IMG/VR virus record: IMGVR_UViG_3300027710_000009
DNA length: 64,000 bases
Strand: one strand, 5' to 3'
DNA from: a virus
Lineage: Duplodnaviria; Heunggongvirae; Uroviricota; Caudoviricetes
Position 1 is the first letter of the stretch. Each line of letters opens with the position of its first letter. The notes beneath the pieces were generated by a model that had not been told where the DNA came from, made no database searches, and worked only from the letters and a program-made list of their open reading frames with translations. Made by a program: the position numbers and the translations under genes. Below, in pieces: positions 45,514 through 56,800 of this stretch.

Positions 45514-45710
45514 ACTGGTTTTTCGCCTGTCCAGTAAGGCAGACTGAACCACAGGCGAAACCATTCAGGTGTGCCTGGTTGTATGTTGTGCTGTTTTTCT
45601 AGCTCTCGCTTTTCCGTACCAGTAACACTGATGTTCATGCCAGTATACTGCGACCAGTCTGGTTGCTGGCATGTGCCACTCAGCTTGCGGAGTTCTTCAA
45701 TTGGATCCAT
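45510..45710 (-). CDS. Small protein with HNIQPGTPEWF motif
   Basis: Start MDPIEEL coupled by TAATG overlap. Confidence 0.7.
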   Translation of the reverse strand: MDPIEELRKLSGTCQQPDWSQYTGMNISVTGTEKRELEKQHNIQPGTPEWFRLWFSLPYWTGEKPV

Positions 45711-45961
45711 TATTTGCCAAACCATAAAGCAAACCACGCAGGGGTGCCTGGTTTGATATTGTGCTCTTTCATGTAACGAGCTTTGTTGTTTTGTGGATTG
45801 TCTTTTTGCCAGGCTTGCAATTGAGAGTAGTCACGCTTGGGTGCTTCTTCTCCGCGGGCAATTTGAAAGATAGGATCGTTTACATCTAGTACAGCATCTT
45901 CATGCCCAGCATCATGTTCAGCTAAGCCAAAATCTGACCTAGTGAATACTCGCTGTTTCAT
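45710..45961 (-). CDS. Small paralog with HNIKPGTPAWF motif
   Basis: Shares the C-terminal motif with its neighbour. Confidence 0.75.
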   Translation of the reverse strand: MKQRVFTRSDFGLAEHDAGHEDAVLDVNDPIFQIARGEEAPKRDYSQLQAWQKDNPQNNKARYMKEHNIKPGTPAWFALWFGK

Positions 45962-46038
45962 TAGTGTTGTCCGTAAGGATTAACAGGGCGGTCGTATCCG
46001 TCTGGCTCAGGATACACAGGATATTGATTTGGGTTCAT
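45961..46038 (-). CDS. 25-aa microprotein MNPNQYPVYPEPDGYDRPVNPYGQH
   Basis: ATGA overlap with the upstream stop, TAATG overlap with the downstream start. Confidence 0.6.
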   Translation of the reverse strand: MNPNQYPVYPEPDGYDRPVNPYGQH

Positions 46039-46856
46039 TCAGCGGTGCCCTTGCACTTGGCACGTTTGGCATTGGTCAATGCACCGTAGTCCACTGGCCA
46101 AATTTGTCCGCCCGGCACTTCTTTGGCATTAGCAGGGAAAGCAAATGCAACACCCGATGCTTTTTCAACAGCATCAATACTTGCACGAACTGCAACCAAG
46201 TCGTTGCCTTGTCCTGGACGATGGTCAAATGCAAATGCCATTACTTCGCCTGTTACTGTGTCAGTTACAATCTTGTAAAAGCCACGTGGTACTACAACTT
46301 GATTGGCGCCAATGGTTTTGTCACCAGCGCCATATATAGCTCCAACGTATACCACAAGGGTATGGCCACGTTGAACTGCCCACCCGCGGGTCGCAGTTTC
46401 TAATAATTTCCAAATTCCACGATTGAACCCCGGGAGTTGTGGATACATGTTTGTTAGTAAAAAACTTTCTTTTTCCGCACGGTCATTAAAACTCATGTCA
46501 CCATTGGGTGCCACGTGTCCAATATCATATCCTGACTTGGCATAGTCTGCTAGTTCAGCACGAGATCCTTTGGGAATACTTTGATCTGGTGCAAAGCCAT
46601 TTGAACGTGGTACACAGCCCAGTGCGTTCTGTGGGGTTAGTGTGTAACTGACCCACACAGGAATACGTGCGGCTGTGTCGTTTAGTGTAACATAACTTTG
46701 ACGACAAATAGCCACTCCGGGTTTTTTGGTTTGTGGAAAACCGTACGGTGCTTGTGCCTGGCATTGTGCTACAGGTAATGGTGGCCATTGTTCCCAGGCA
46801 TGTGCTGTGGTAGCAAATAGTGCTATCGCTATAATTGAAATCCAGTGTTTCATCAA
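46035..46856 (-). CDS. Secreted DNA/RNA non-specific endonuclease (NucA/EndoG family)
   Basis: Signal peptide ending AHA; YDIGHVAP, SF..TNM.PQ...FNRGIW..LE, VP..FYK. Confidence 0.9.
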   Translation of the reverse strand: MMKHWISIIAIALFATTAHAWEQWPPLPVAQCQAQAPYGFPQTKKPGVAICRQSYVTLNDTAARIPVWVSYTLTPQNALGCVPRSNGFAPDQSIPKGSRAELADYAKSGYDIGHVAPNGDMSFNDRAEKESFLLTNMYPQLPGFNRGIWKLLETATRGWAVQRGHTLVVYVGAIYGAGDKTIGANQVVVPRGFYKIVTDTVTGEVMAFAFDHRPGQGNDLVAVRASIDAVEKASGVAFAFPANAKEVPGGQIWPVDYGALTNAKRAKCKGTAE

Positions 46857-46867
46857 TGATCCTTGAG

Positions 46868-49696
46868 TTACTCAGCGTTTCTAATTTTGTCCAGCATGCG
46901 AGCCAGTCGTGCTTCCAAATAGTTGTTGCCTTCTGGAATTGCCATTGGGTTGTCACTTTGCTTGTAGCTGTGTTTGTACATGACTTTGCTCTTGTGCATG
47001 TCATTGCCACTGGCAGTCACAGCAGATACAGGTGCAGTGCGCTCATCAGGCTCATTGGCGTATTCGTCCAAGTCACCAACTCTTACCACTTGTGGTTCTG
47101 GCTTTTTGCCTATCATGCCTGCCATCTTGAGCATACTGGCTAACTCTTCTGCGGCTTCACCGTCAGCAGTTACAGTAACAGTCTTGCGACCTGTCTTGGT
47201 GTCCATGCTGGTATTGATGCTGACACCATCTTCTTGGCTCATTCCGCCCATGCCCATGTCGCCGCATTCCTCTAGCTCTTCTTTGTCCTTGGCAGCGTCT
47301 TTCATGGACTCTTTTTCATCATTGTCACCGTCAATATCAGCATAGTCTGGCTTTTCTTCACTTTCCATCATGCCGCATTCGTTCATGCCATGCATTTCGC
47401 AGTACTGCCCTTCAGCAGTCATGTTGCATCCGCCTTCATTCATTTGTTCGTCTTCGGCGCCTGTGACACTGAAAGACTTGCCGCCTACTTCAAAAGAGTC
47501 TTTGCCTGCACGAATGGCATTGGCACGAGCACCTGAAAATTCATTGCCTTCGTCAGTGGCCACTTCATCCATTGCGCTAGGCAATCCCGCAAGTCTTGCC
47601 AGTTCGTTTAGGCTGTCATGAACTTTGGTTTCACTAATTTCTACATCGCCGCCTTCAATCGCATTATGGAATTCATCAGCAACCCATTCATACGGATCAC
47701 CATCACGACCTTTTTTAACACCGTATGGCATGTCGTCAAAGTAATAGTCATACAATGCTTCAAACAAGTCTTGATCAAAATGTCCGCCTTGTGCAAATTC
47801 GCGAACTTCTTTACCAAAGCGGCGAACGATTGCTTGTAACGTACTTTCTGTCAGAACGCTTTCGTCAACTTTTTTCTTTTTAACTTTGTCTGGCAAACCT
47901 TTGTGCTTGGTAGATGCAAAATCTTCAGCATCTTTTTTGCCTATGTCTTTGGCAACCTTGCCGACTTCTTTGCTGGCTGGCTTTTCGCCTTTTTGTGCGG
48001 CGTGTACCATACCAAAGAATTTTTGTTGTGACTTGCTCTTGGCTTTTTCCATTACGAAAATTGCTTCAAGTTCAGCCATGGTGTCTTCAACATAAGTTTC
48101 AAGATTGATAGACTCAGCAACACGTGAACCTTTGTGTTTGTATGCCTTGGCTGTGGTACGCTCTGGGCCAAAGTTTTTCTTTGGACGACCTTTGGTCTTG
48201 GGTGCATCACCGGGTGCAGTTTTTTTCACACCTTTCTTTTCGTTGCCGTACTCGTCGTAGTCATCATCGTTGCCTGTGTCGTCACGATCACTGCGAGCAC
48301 CATATTTCTTGTTGCGATTGCGTTCGCTTTCAGGATCAGTGTTAACACCTCTCATGCCGCCTTGTGCGCCTTTGAGTAGATTCATGTCTAGGCCAGCTTC
48401 ATCAATGGTCTCATGATGCTTTGCGCATTTCTTGCAAGCGTTTTTGACTTCGTCAGTCAACGTGTCATCATGCTTGCTGTCCAAGTTGTCCATGATGTAT
48501 TTCATTGCTGGTTTGAATTCACTCTTGGGATCCCACCCACGCTTACGCATCCACTTGCGAACAGTATGTGCTGCCGCATCGTATTCACTGTGTTCTTCTT
48601 CTGTGGTTTTACGTGTGCCTGGCAATGAACTGTTGGCATTGTTCTCGTCGTACTGTTCTTCTTTGACTTCGTCATTCAATGCATCATCATCGTAAACACC
48701 GTGGCCACTGGTCTTTGATTCATCGTCGTAGCGGAATACCATTACATTTACATCGTCAATGTAGCCACGCACTTCCATGCCGTCGTCACTTTCTTCTTCA
48801 CGATCCAACCAGTCACCTTCAATGGTACTAAAGAAATCATCTGCATTGTCATAGTGGCGGCCATCGTCAGCTTGTAATTCTTCATTCATGCCTAGTCGTG
48901 CTTTGGCTTTGGCCAAACCTGCAGAACCAGTTGGGCTCTTGCTGGCTTCGTCGTCTAGGTCTTTTGTAGTTGTCTTCCAGCTGTCGTCACCAGGAGCGGC
49001 TTTGGCTTTGCGTTGGAAAGCAGGAATGTCACTCTTGTTAGGGCCGTCTTGATATTCGCCTTCATAAACTGTATCAACATCGGGTCTGGAACCCAAGTAA
49101 GTGAAACGATTTGTGCTGTCCCATTCTTGAAACGCTGCCTTTGCTTCAACTGCACTAGTAGCCTTGACTTGAGTGCTGTGTGATTTGCCTGGCTTCTTAG
49201 AATCTTTGTAGGCTACTGTGTATGTGCTGGCGCCTTTAGTTTCGCCTTCGTTGACATCGTCTTTATATTTGTTATATTTGTCTCTTACTTTGTCTAGGTC
49301 TTTGCCTTCACGTCCGGCCTTGGCTAGTGCTTCCATGCCTTTTTTGCCGTACTTTTCATAACCTTTGGCAGCACGACTCATTGTGCGCTCTTCAGCTTCA
49401 TCTACTATGTTCTTTTTACCCATGGCTTTTTTAATAGCTTTGTCTTTGCTACCCATGTACTCATCTTTACCAGATTCTTTTTTGCCGTCGCCGTCATAGT
49501 CTTTCTTGGCAAGCATGTCTTCATCAACTTCTTTTGCTTCAGCCAGTTTCTTGGCCAAACGGTCTTTCAACGAAAGAGGATTAGATGCAACAGCACCTTC
49601 ATTCAATTGCTTGAGCAGGCTCTCTTGCCTAGGAGGTTGTGGTTCCAGCGAGGCTAGTTTGTTCAATATATTGTAAATGTTATTACTTGTGGTCAT
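46868..49696 (-). CDS. Large acidic/lysine-rich modular protein, likely internal head protein
   Basis: Many (L/V/I/M)xE-ended segments; DUF3008-like KSKSQQKFFGM...FASTKHKGLP module. Confidence 0.65.
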   Translation of the reverse strand: MTTSNNIYNILNKLASLEPQPPRQESLLKQLNEGAVASNPLSLKDRLAKKLAEAKEVDEDMLAKKDYDGDGKKESGKDEYMGSKDKAIKKAMGKKNIVDEAEERTMSRAAKGYEKYGKKGMEALAKAGREGKDLDKVRDKYNKYKDDVNEGETKGASTYTVAYKDSKKPGKSHSTQVKATSAVEAKAAFQEWDSTNRFTYLGSRPDVDTVYEGEYQDGPNKSDIPAFQRKAKAAPGDDSWKTTTKDLDDEASKSPTGSAGLAKAKARLGMNEELQADDGRHYDNADDFFSTIEGDWLDREEESDDGMEVRGYIDDVNVMVFRYDDESKTSGHGVYDDDALNDEVKEEQYDENNANSSLPGTRKTTEEEHSEYDAAAHTVRKWMRKRGWDPKSEFKPAMKYIMDNLDSKHDDTLTDEVKNACKKCAKHHETIDEAGLDMNLLKGAQGGMRGVNTDPESERNRNKKYGARSDRDDTGNDDDYDEYGNEKKGVKKTAPGDAPKTKGRPKKNFGPERTTAKAYKHKGSRVAESINLETYVEDTMAELEAIFVMEKAKSKSQQKFFGMVHAAQKGEKPASKEVGKVAKDIGKKDAEDFASTKHKGLPDKVKKKKVDESVLTESTLQAIVRRFGKEVREFAQGGHFDQDLFEALYDYYFDDMPYGVKKGRDGDPYEWVADEFHNAIEGGDVEISETKVHDSLNELARLAGLPSAMDEVATDEGNEFSGARANAIRAGKDSFEVGGKSFSVTGAEDEQMNEGGCNMTAEGQYCEMHGMNECGMMESEEKPDYADIDGDNDEKESMKDAAKDKEELEECGDMGMGGMSQEDGVSINTSMDTKTGRKTVTVTADGEAAEELASMLKMAGMIGKKPEPQVVRVGDLDEYANEPDERTAPVSAVTASGNDMHKSKVMYKHSYKQSDNPMAIPEGNNYLEARLARMLDKIRNAE

Positions 49697-50310
49697 TTTT
49701 GCTTTCCTCGCGGATTAGGGTTTTTTGTGTTCACAGGACTTGTGTTGTTCTGTGCAATGTCTGCTGTGGTCTTTGCAGTTTTTTCTTTGTGCAAAGATGC
49801 GGCCAAGATGTTGTCGTTGACATTTTTAACTTGTTGCGGCTCACTGCGATTTTTTTGTAATTCTTTGAGAAGACTGTCCACACGTTTTAATCCCACGTGC
49901 TCTTGTGCTTGATCATCTTCTTTGAAGTTATCCTTGCCAGGCTCGAGACTCTCTTCTGGATGCACATGCAAGTCGGCACCGTTTATTTCATCTTCGAGAG
50001 TGAAACGTGCCACAATCTGTACAGCAGGTATTCCTGTGCTGGCATGAATGGCAGCACGTACAGCTTCAGCTGTGGTTGGATAGTTTAGCTTTACTTCGAA
50101 CTGTTGTCGTGCAACAGGACCAAGACTATTAAATTCTCTGGTCACTGTGATTGGCTGTGCTTTGGGCTTGCTGATGTCCACTAGATCAAATGCGCTGAGT
50201 CCACGCTCAATTTTGTCCAGCAGTTCATTATCAAGCTCGCAATCAGCAATACGCACACGAAAATCAAATGTTCGGTGGCTTTCTGCTAGGTATTTCTTAA
50301 ACGCTTTCAT
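49693..50310 (-). CDS. Hypothetical late protein
   Basis: MKAFKKYLAE N-terminus, upstream TAAATA. Confidence 0.7.
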   Translation of the reverse strand: MKAFKKYLAESHRTFDFRVRIADCELDNELLDKIERGLSAFDLVDISKPKAQPITVTREFNSLGPVARQQFEVKLNYPTTAEAVRAAIHASTGIPAVQIVARFTLEDEINGADLHVHPEESLEPGKDNFKEDDQAQEHVGLKRVDSLLKELQKNRSEPQQVKNVNDNILAASLHKEKTAKTTADIAQNNTSPVNTKNPNPRGKQK

Positions 50311-50341
50311 TACAGGATCCTATATCACATATTTAGCATTA

Positions 50342-50821
50342 TCATGCCTTTTTATTCTGGCCAAGTATCTCTTTGAGCAGGGTATTACGGTCCAACACTA
50401 CACCTTGACCATCAATCGGCGGTTCTTTAGTACCTTCTTTTTGTGCAACTTGATCTATGCGTAGCTTTTTGAGCTGTAGATCTACCATGCGCAGTTTCTT
50501 ATCCAACTTGGCTTGCTTGGCAGTAATTGCATGTCCCAACAACACACCTGCTGTTTGAAAGATTGTACCAGCATAACGTGCTTCTACATTCATGCCCAGA
50601 TCCATTAGATCTTGAAACTTGTCTTGAGCAAGTGCCGCTAGGTCATCCATCTCTTGATCAGCAACTTCTAAATCACGCACACCAGGCAGTGCGGCATCAA
50701 TTTTGTCAATGGCCGCATCAATGTCACGTATGTGTTCCTTATGATCACTGATAGTGGATTTTGGGTCCTCTATAAATGTTTCTGCAGGAAGGTCAAAAAG
50801 TTGTTCTAATTTTTTGGTCAT
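50342..50821 (-). CDS. Hypothetical protein (possible small terminase-like)
   Basis: Helical 159 aa with C-terminal VLDRNTLLK; function inferred only. Confidence 0.5.
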   Translation of the reverse strand: MTKKLEQLFDLPAETFIEDPKSTISDHKEHIRDIDAAIDKIDAALPGVRDLEVADQEMDDLAALAQDKFQDLMDLGMNVEARYAGTIFQTAGVLLGHAITAKQAKLDKKLRMVDLQLKKLRIDQVAQKEGTKEPPIDGQGVVLDRNTLLKEILGQNKKA

Positions 50822-50829
50822 GCAGGTAT

Positions 50830-51264
50830 TTACCGCTTGGCACCTTGGTGGAAAATCTCATTTTCAGTTACTACCCTAAAACGCATACCGTTTTGTTTGC
50901 ACCAGGCATTGGCTGCGGCCCATTTTGCATGATTAAGCGCCACATAGGCTTTGTCTCTCATGCTACGTGCGCTTTCCATTGTGGTTTCAGTTGACGGTTT
51001 GATTTCAATTACCTCAGCATGTTTTTGCTGATTCTTGTCTGCGTAGATTATTAAAAAATCTGGAATGTACACTGTGTTTTTGTTTGTGAAAGGATTGCGA
51101 TAAGGTATACTAATTGCTTCACTTGCCCATTGCAGTATCGCAGGGTTGTTGTCGCAGAATTGCATAAACGCAAATTCCCATCCTGATCGATAGGTGGGAG
51201 TTCCTTTACCAATGTACTTGGCAGGATTGCGTACTTGAAATTTGCCTTGTGCGTATTTTGCCAT
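50830..51264 (-). CDS. Head completion nuclease (T4 gp4-like)
   Basis: NPAKY.G, YRSGWE, WASE..IPY, Y.PDF, IEIKP. Confidence 0.88.
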   Translation of the reverse strand: MAKYAQGKFQVRNPAKYIGKGTPTYRSGWEFAFMQFCDNNPAILQWASEAISIPYRNPFTNKNTVYIPDFLIIYADKNQQKHAEVIEIKPSTETTMESARSMRDKAYVALNHAKWAAANAWCKQNGMRFRVVTENEIFHQGAKR

Positions 51265-51644
51265 TATGCCAAGATGCTACGTTTGACAAACACGCTGGCT
51301 CTTGGTTGATTGGTTAGGCCAAGCAAGCTGGTGTTTATTCTATTGAGATTAAGAAAAGTTGCTAGATACAAATTAAGTTCACCAGGTGGCACTTTCTTGA
51401 AGTCTGCTAAAATTTTCATAGGAGTACTTCCACTGGCTAGACTAGTGAACACCACTGCATTGGTTAAATTTTTTGCACTTTCTTTATCGCCAGTTACACT
51501 TTCAAAGTAACTTAGTATAGCACCTTCAGCATCCACTGGCACATTCAATGTTGGTTGGAACAAGTTATTAAAATATTGTTCTACGTCTTTGCGAGCGCCT
51601 GGTGTCAGGTCCACACTGTTTGGTAGATTGCTAGATGTTGACAT
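51264..51644 (-). CDS. Hypothetical virion protein
   Basis: Coupled ORF in the tail module. Confidence 0.65.
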   Translation of the reverse strand: MSTSSNLPNSVDLTPGARKDVEQYFNNLFQPTLNVPVDAEGAILSYFESVTGDKESAKNLTNAVVFTSLASGSTPMKILADFKKVPPGELNLYLATFLNLNRINTSLLGLTNQPRASVFVKRSILA

Positions 51645-53056
51645 TATACTGTTTTACCTTGTGATAAATTTCTTAATAGGGTATCAGCATCATTGATGTT
51701 GATTTCATATCTGGCTGCAATCTCAGCTGTGAGTTCTTCAACACTAAATTGAGGAAGAGTGCGAGCACTGGTTGCCAATGTGTTTGTTGTAGCTTGCGGC
51801 AACTGAGGAAACGGTGCTGGCGTAAATGGTCCAGTGCTCGAAGGCACAGTTGATACCAATGCACCATCACTACTGGCTCTGTAATCTATTGAAGGCAGTG
51901 TTTCGTCGCGCAGTTGTTCTCTATTGAGAACATCAACAATAGTAGTTCCGTTAGGTAGTCGTGGATTATTACCACTGGCATTTAATGCATTGATACCAGT
52001 GCCTGGCTGTACGCCTGATGATTCTGCAATGATTGGCGAGCCACTACCACGTATGGTATTTGTTGAGTCAGCAACACTAGGCACGGTGACTCGAGACAAA
52101 GGATTTGCACCACTGCCAAGTGCCACTTGAATAGTGTTCAACCCTTCATTGATTGCCATGTCTCCAATGTTTTTACCTTTGAATGTTTGCTGTGCTTTGT
52201 TTAGTTTTAAGAATGCTGCACCAAAGTTGCCTGTGGCCAGGTCTGCCATAACGTTGTCTAGAGTATCTACCAGACCGCCAGTACCAAACACACTAGAAGT
52301 AACACCAGTTTTAAGAGGACTTGGCACATTATCGTACAACAATAAAAAACTGTCGCTGAAATTGTCCTGCGTGACTGCACCTCTAAAATACTTTACTGTT
52401 TCGTAGGCAACAACCATGTCATGTTCTAGTAGATTAGATCCGTCATTGGTATGTTCGCCATGGCGGAATGCTGTAATAATTGGATTGATTAAAACATACT
52501 CGCTGAATCGACCAAGACTAAAACTAAAGATGCGAATGGCTCGCAGTGGGTTATAACTTTGAGTTCCTGCCAGCTCGTCAAAACCTGGACGAGGATTATA
52601 ACCCCATCCATCTTTATTTCTAGGAAAACTTTTATTAGTAGTTAGATACTGTCCCAGTACATAGTCACTATCTCTATAGTAAAATGACATATAGTCATAC
52701 CAAAATTCTCTAATGATATCACTGCTGTCGTCATGAAACTTCAGTGTCACCGGATCATACTTTAATTTCTTCTGAATAATATTGGCACGATTGTAGGCAT
52801 TTACAGTTTGAGTATCAATGGTAAACTTTGGAAGCTGTGCAGACTTGGCCAAGGCGCCCATTTGGATTGCTGATTTTGCATTTGTCAATAGACCTTGCGG
52901 GCCATCGTCAAAATCAAATTGCACATAGAACATGAACGCATATTTGGGACTGCGAATAAATTTGCCGTCCACAAATATTTTTGAAGCGTGTTGATACGAC
53001 TTCAAAGTGTCTTGTGAGTTTAATCCTTGGGTAAGGGTTTCTAGTAAATTGGCCAT
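51644..53056 (-). CDS. Tail-tube-like baseplate protein (gp54/gp48-like)
   Basis: AQLPKF....NAYNR.....YDPV...FHDD tube-like N-terminal domain; start MANLLE. Confidence 0.65.
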   Translation of the reverse strand: MANLLETLTQGLNSQDTLKSYQHASKIFVDGKFIRSPKYAFMFYVQFDFDDGPQGLLTNAKSAIQMGALAKSAQLPKFTIDTQTVNAYNRANIIQKKLKYDPVTLKFHDDSSDIIREFWYDYMSFYYRDSDYVLGQYLTTNKSFPRNKDGWGYNPRPGFDELAGTQSYNPLRAIRIFSFSLGRFSEYVLINPIITAFRHGEHTNDGSNLLEHDMVVAYETVKYFRGAVTQDNFSDSFLLLYDNVPSPLKTGVTSSVFGTGGLVDTLDNVMADLATGNFGAAFLKLNKAQQTFKGKNIGDMAINEGLNTIQVALGSGANPLSRVTVPSVADSTNTIRGSGSPIIAESSGVQPGTGINALNASGNNPRLPNGTTIVDVLNREQLRDETLPSIDYRASSDGALVSTVPSSTGPFTPAPFPQLPQATTNTLATSARTLPQFSVEELTAEIAARYEININDADTLLRNLSQGKTV

Positions 53057-53084
53057 TGGTGTTTTCCTAGTAGTATTTATGACC

Positions 53085-53113
53085 AAAAAAAAGCCCAGCA
53101 AATGCCGGGCTTT
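53085..53113 (-). terminator. Terminator after the tail tube gene
   Basis: AAGCCCGGC-ATTT-GCTGGGCTTTTTTTT. Confidence 0.85.
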
Positions 53114-53134
53114 TGTAGTGTGTTGCCGTCTGGA

Positions 53135-53761
53135 TCAACCAGTCATTGTTGTACCCAATGTTCTTCCAATAGCGGCTCCTACTCCTGAGACGCCTTGTGT
53201 TTGAATTGCATTGTCATATTTCATTGTTAACTGAATTTTGACAGGATCGTTTGATGTGTAGTTTAGTTCACCATAGTTGACTGCGCTCAGCAAGCAACCA
53301 TAGATTTCCCAAGTTTCAAGCACGTTTGGTCCACCACCACTAGCAGTACCGTTACCGCCATCTAGCATTTCACAAACTGTGATAAACTTATAATCAATAC
53401 CCGAAGCGGCAGAAGCCTGCTCCATAAAGTCAAACTGTTTCTGTAATTGCTCGCCCACTAAACGGCTTACGTTACCTTGCGCATCGTCGCGTAGGTTAAT
53501 TGTAATGTCTTGCCAAGCTGGTTTTCCAAGTAGTTTCACACGACTGTTGTAAGCATCGACTGTGACTTCGTCGAATGTTACTTGAGGGCGAGTAAAATCC
53601 ATAACCTGTTTGGTAAGTTCTGTTTTAGGGTTGCTTACCCCAAAGCCGTTAAATGTAATGCGGAATCGGTAGGACAGTTTGGGCATCAACAGACCTTGCG
53701 TTGACGCACTTTGGCTGGTAGCCAACGGTACTGTAAATTTTGTTAATGATGCAACAGCCAT
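53135..53761 (-). CDS. Tail tube protein (gp19-like)
   Basis: Directly after the sheath gene; PKL.YRFR, GK..WQDI, ETW...GC, YDNA. Confidence 0.85.
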   Translation of the reverse strand: MAVASLTKFTVPLATSQSASTQGLLMPKLSYRFRITFNGFGVSNPKTELTKQVMDFTRPQVTFDEVTVDAYNSRVKLLGKPAWQDITINLRDDAQGNVSRLVGEQLQKQFDFMEQASAASGIDYKFITVCEMLDGGNGTASGGGPNVLETWEIYGCLLSAVNYGELNYTSNDPVKIQLTMKYDNAIQTQGVSGVGAAIGRTLGTTMTG

Positions 53762-53841
53762 TTTTGTAATCTCCTATTACTTTTATTTATCCTTTTTGGA
53801 GAGTTATAAATCAGCCCCAGCTGACCTATAACTCATTCCAA

Positions 53842-56800
53842 TTACCTTCCGCCTGCCGCAATATCACCTGGATTCTTCAAGCGAATTGGGATGTAGATAA
53901 ACTCAACATCTTTCATTGGCTCGATAGCAATATCCACATACAGCTCATTACGTGCAATACGATCTGACGTATTGTTGGTGGTGTCACAAACTACTAGGTA
54001 GTCGTAAATACCACGTTTTGCTACTAGATCGTTCATTGCGCCATCAATTGCATTCTTGATCTGGTCACGTGTGCCTTTGTCGTTTGGCTCAAACAAATAA
54101 GCATTACTGATACCTGTTAAAGTGGTACGAATAAAGTTTACCAAACGACTTACGTTCACGCGATCTGTGCTCTGAGCAACTGCGCTACGTGTTTTGTTAC
54201 CATACACAGTGATACCTGCACCTGGCAACAAACTGATTGGGTTGATACGATTGATGTACAACATATCGCGTTGGCTTTGTGTGATACCAGTGCGTACAAA
54301 CTGCCCAGTAGTGTAGTTTACATAACCAATTGCATTGGCATTGTCAATCTGTCCACGGCGTGTTCCAGCTGGTGCGAACCAAGGAAAGCTGATGTTATCG
54401 CTGTAGATGAATGTACGCAATGCCATATGACTTGCTGGGACTACAATTTCGTTGCCGTTGATATCATTGGTCAATCCATGTGGATAATATGTACCTAGGT
54501 ACACATGTCCAGACACTTCTGATGTTTCGCTCCACTGAGTTACTGCTGTGCTAACAGGAGTAAGATCAAGTGGTGTGTCGCCAATGATAAATGCAGTTTC
54601 GTTACGGTCCTTGTTCAAGGTTACCATGTTAGGAATCAGCTCTGGATAACCTGGGCAAACGATCAAGTTGTAGTTGTATTGCTCTTCACGGATGTCAGTA
54701 TTGCTATCAATGGCGCTTCGCAGAGCCTTGATAACCATTTGGCGTTGAGCTTTGTGTCCATGATATGGAGTTCCGTCGCTTTGTACACCGCTGGCATTTA
54801 CCCATGTGCTGGTATAAGTTGGAATAGTACCAATTTCGTTGCTGCCATCATCTGTTGCTTCTGGATAAGCTGTGGCTGTGAATTTGGCGCTGACAAATTG
54901 TTTTACATTCATGCCGTTGCGGCGTGTGTTCCACAACAATGTACCACGTGGATACAAGCGATAGTCTGGGCAGTCAAGGTCAATGTAGTTGCTGAGCAAC
55001 ATGGTTGCAACCTCTGGTAGATCGCCTGCTACTGGGTCAACAATGCCACCAACACTGGTTGCACCATCAAGACTTGCGTCCCAACGTGCATCAGCAAATA
55101 TCACACCGTTTTGGCTGATCTTGTCGGTGTTGTCAAGCAATGTCCAGTTTGCACCTGTGTAACGATACAATACTGGGAAGTTTTCCAAGTCAGCTGTGTC
55201 AATCCACAAGTCACCTGCCACAAGAGCAGTGCCGTCACTTTGCAGTGTTGGTTGTGTTGTTGCAAACAATGGACCAGCTGGGTCGGTGTTGGTCAGATTG
55301 TAACCACGAGCATCGTTGGTTACTGTGCGATACCCTTTCCAACCGTCTGTGCCACAGATCATTACATCTGCTTCAGTAGCATTTCCATAGTACCACAGTG
55401 CGCCATCTTCTGGAGCAATGTATGGTGTTTCGGTGCTGTAAGTCAAGTCTGTCAGTGTTGTCCACTTGCTGGCAACCAAACTACCAAAATATGAACCACT
55501 TTCGATACGTTCAATACCAGATATAGTAGTGCTAAAGCCTGCTTCACTGATTTGATTGTTACCCACACCCTGGTTACCAGTTGTGTCAGTTAAAATAATG
55601 TCACCACCTGAACGATGAATTAAACTTACTGCGCCAGTGGTTTCCTTTTGTGCAAACACATTTGGAATATTCTTGGCCAGGACCAATGCTACAAAAGCAT
55701 CAGCTGTGGTACCATTGGTAGTAAATGTATAGTCAGAAACTGTAGGACTACCTGCTTGTGTTACACTGAGAGTAAATGTACGTCCAATAGTAAATGTTGG
55801 ACTTGTGGTACCTGTTACTTTTGTTTGGCCTGTACCGTTGCGTTTGAACACACGGAATGTTGCAGGATATGATGTTTTGGCATTTGGACTGTAAGGATTG
55901 GCTCCGCCATCTGTTGTGATATCCAATGATCCGTATTGAATAAACACACTGGAATCAACAATGCTTGCTCCGCCGTTCAGTGCATCAATACCCGCAAGTG
56001 CGGCTGCACGTGAAGCATACAAAGGAGCACTTTGTGTGGTAAAGGTTGATGTTGAACTATTGTATTTTTTAACTGCCCAGCTTGCGCCGCCGCCTGTGGC
56101 ACCAGTCTTGATCCAGATACTACCGCTTGGTGCAGGTGTTGCTTCGCCTGTGGCAAATGTTGGCACTTGAGTATAAGTACCAAATTTTAGCATTGGTGCA
56201 TAGTATGTTTTGCTGGCCACGCCTGCTGCCAACAATCCCAAAGTCACAGCGGTGTTGTTGCTGCCTTCTTGAATAGTGACTGTTCCAGCGCCGCTGGCTG
56301 CTGTTGCATCTGCACGAATAATCAAACGCAATCCAGTTGCTGTATCAGTGTCAGCAGTGATACCAGTCAATCCTGCGGTGTTGTTAATACTGCTAACAAC
56401 TTCCGCTACAGTTTCTGCTGTAATACTGTTTGTAGCGTTGATAGTAACTTGTACACCATTGATGCTAAAATAGTCACCATCGTTAACTTTGTCTGTGGTG
56501 TAATCAACCACAGTGCTTTCCACTGTTGGCCATGTTTCTTGCCAAGCACTGGTACCTAGTGGTACCCAGGTATTGGTATGATCTTTATAGAACATTGGGT
56601 TGTTTGCATTACGCACCACAACAGCATATGATCCAATGCTACCCACGCTGGTTTTTGGTGTGTTCAAATCATCATTTTGAACATCGTTTACGCTGGTAAT
56701 TATTGTAGGAGTAATTTTGCTGTAGGCCTGGGTTGCCGCGCTCCACTGGAACAAACCAAAATCTGTTGCAGTAAGATCAAGGTACAGGAAGTTGTTGGCA

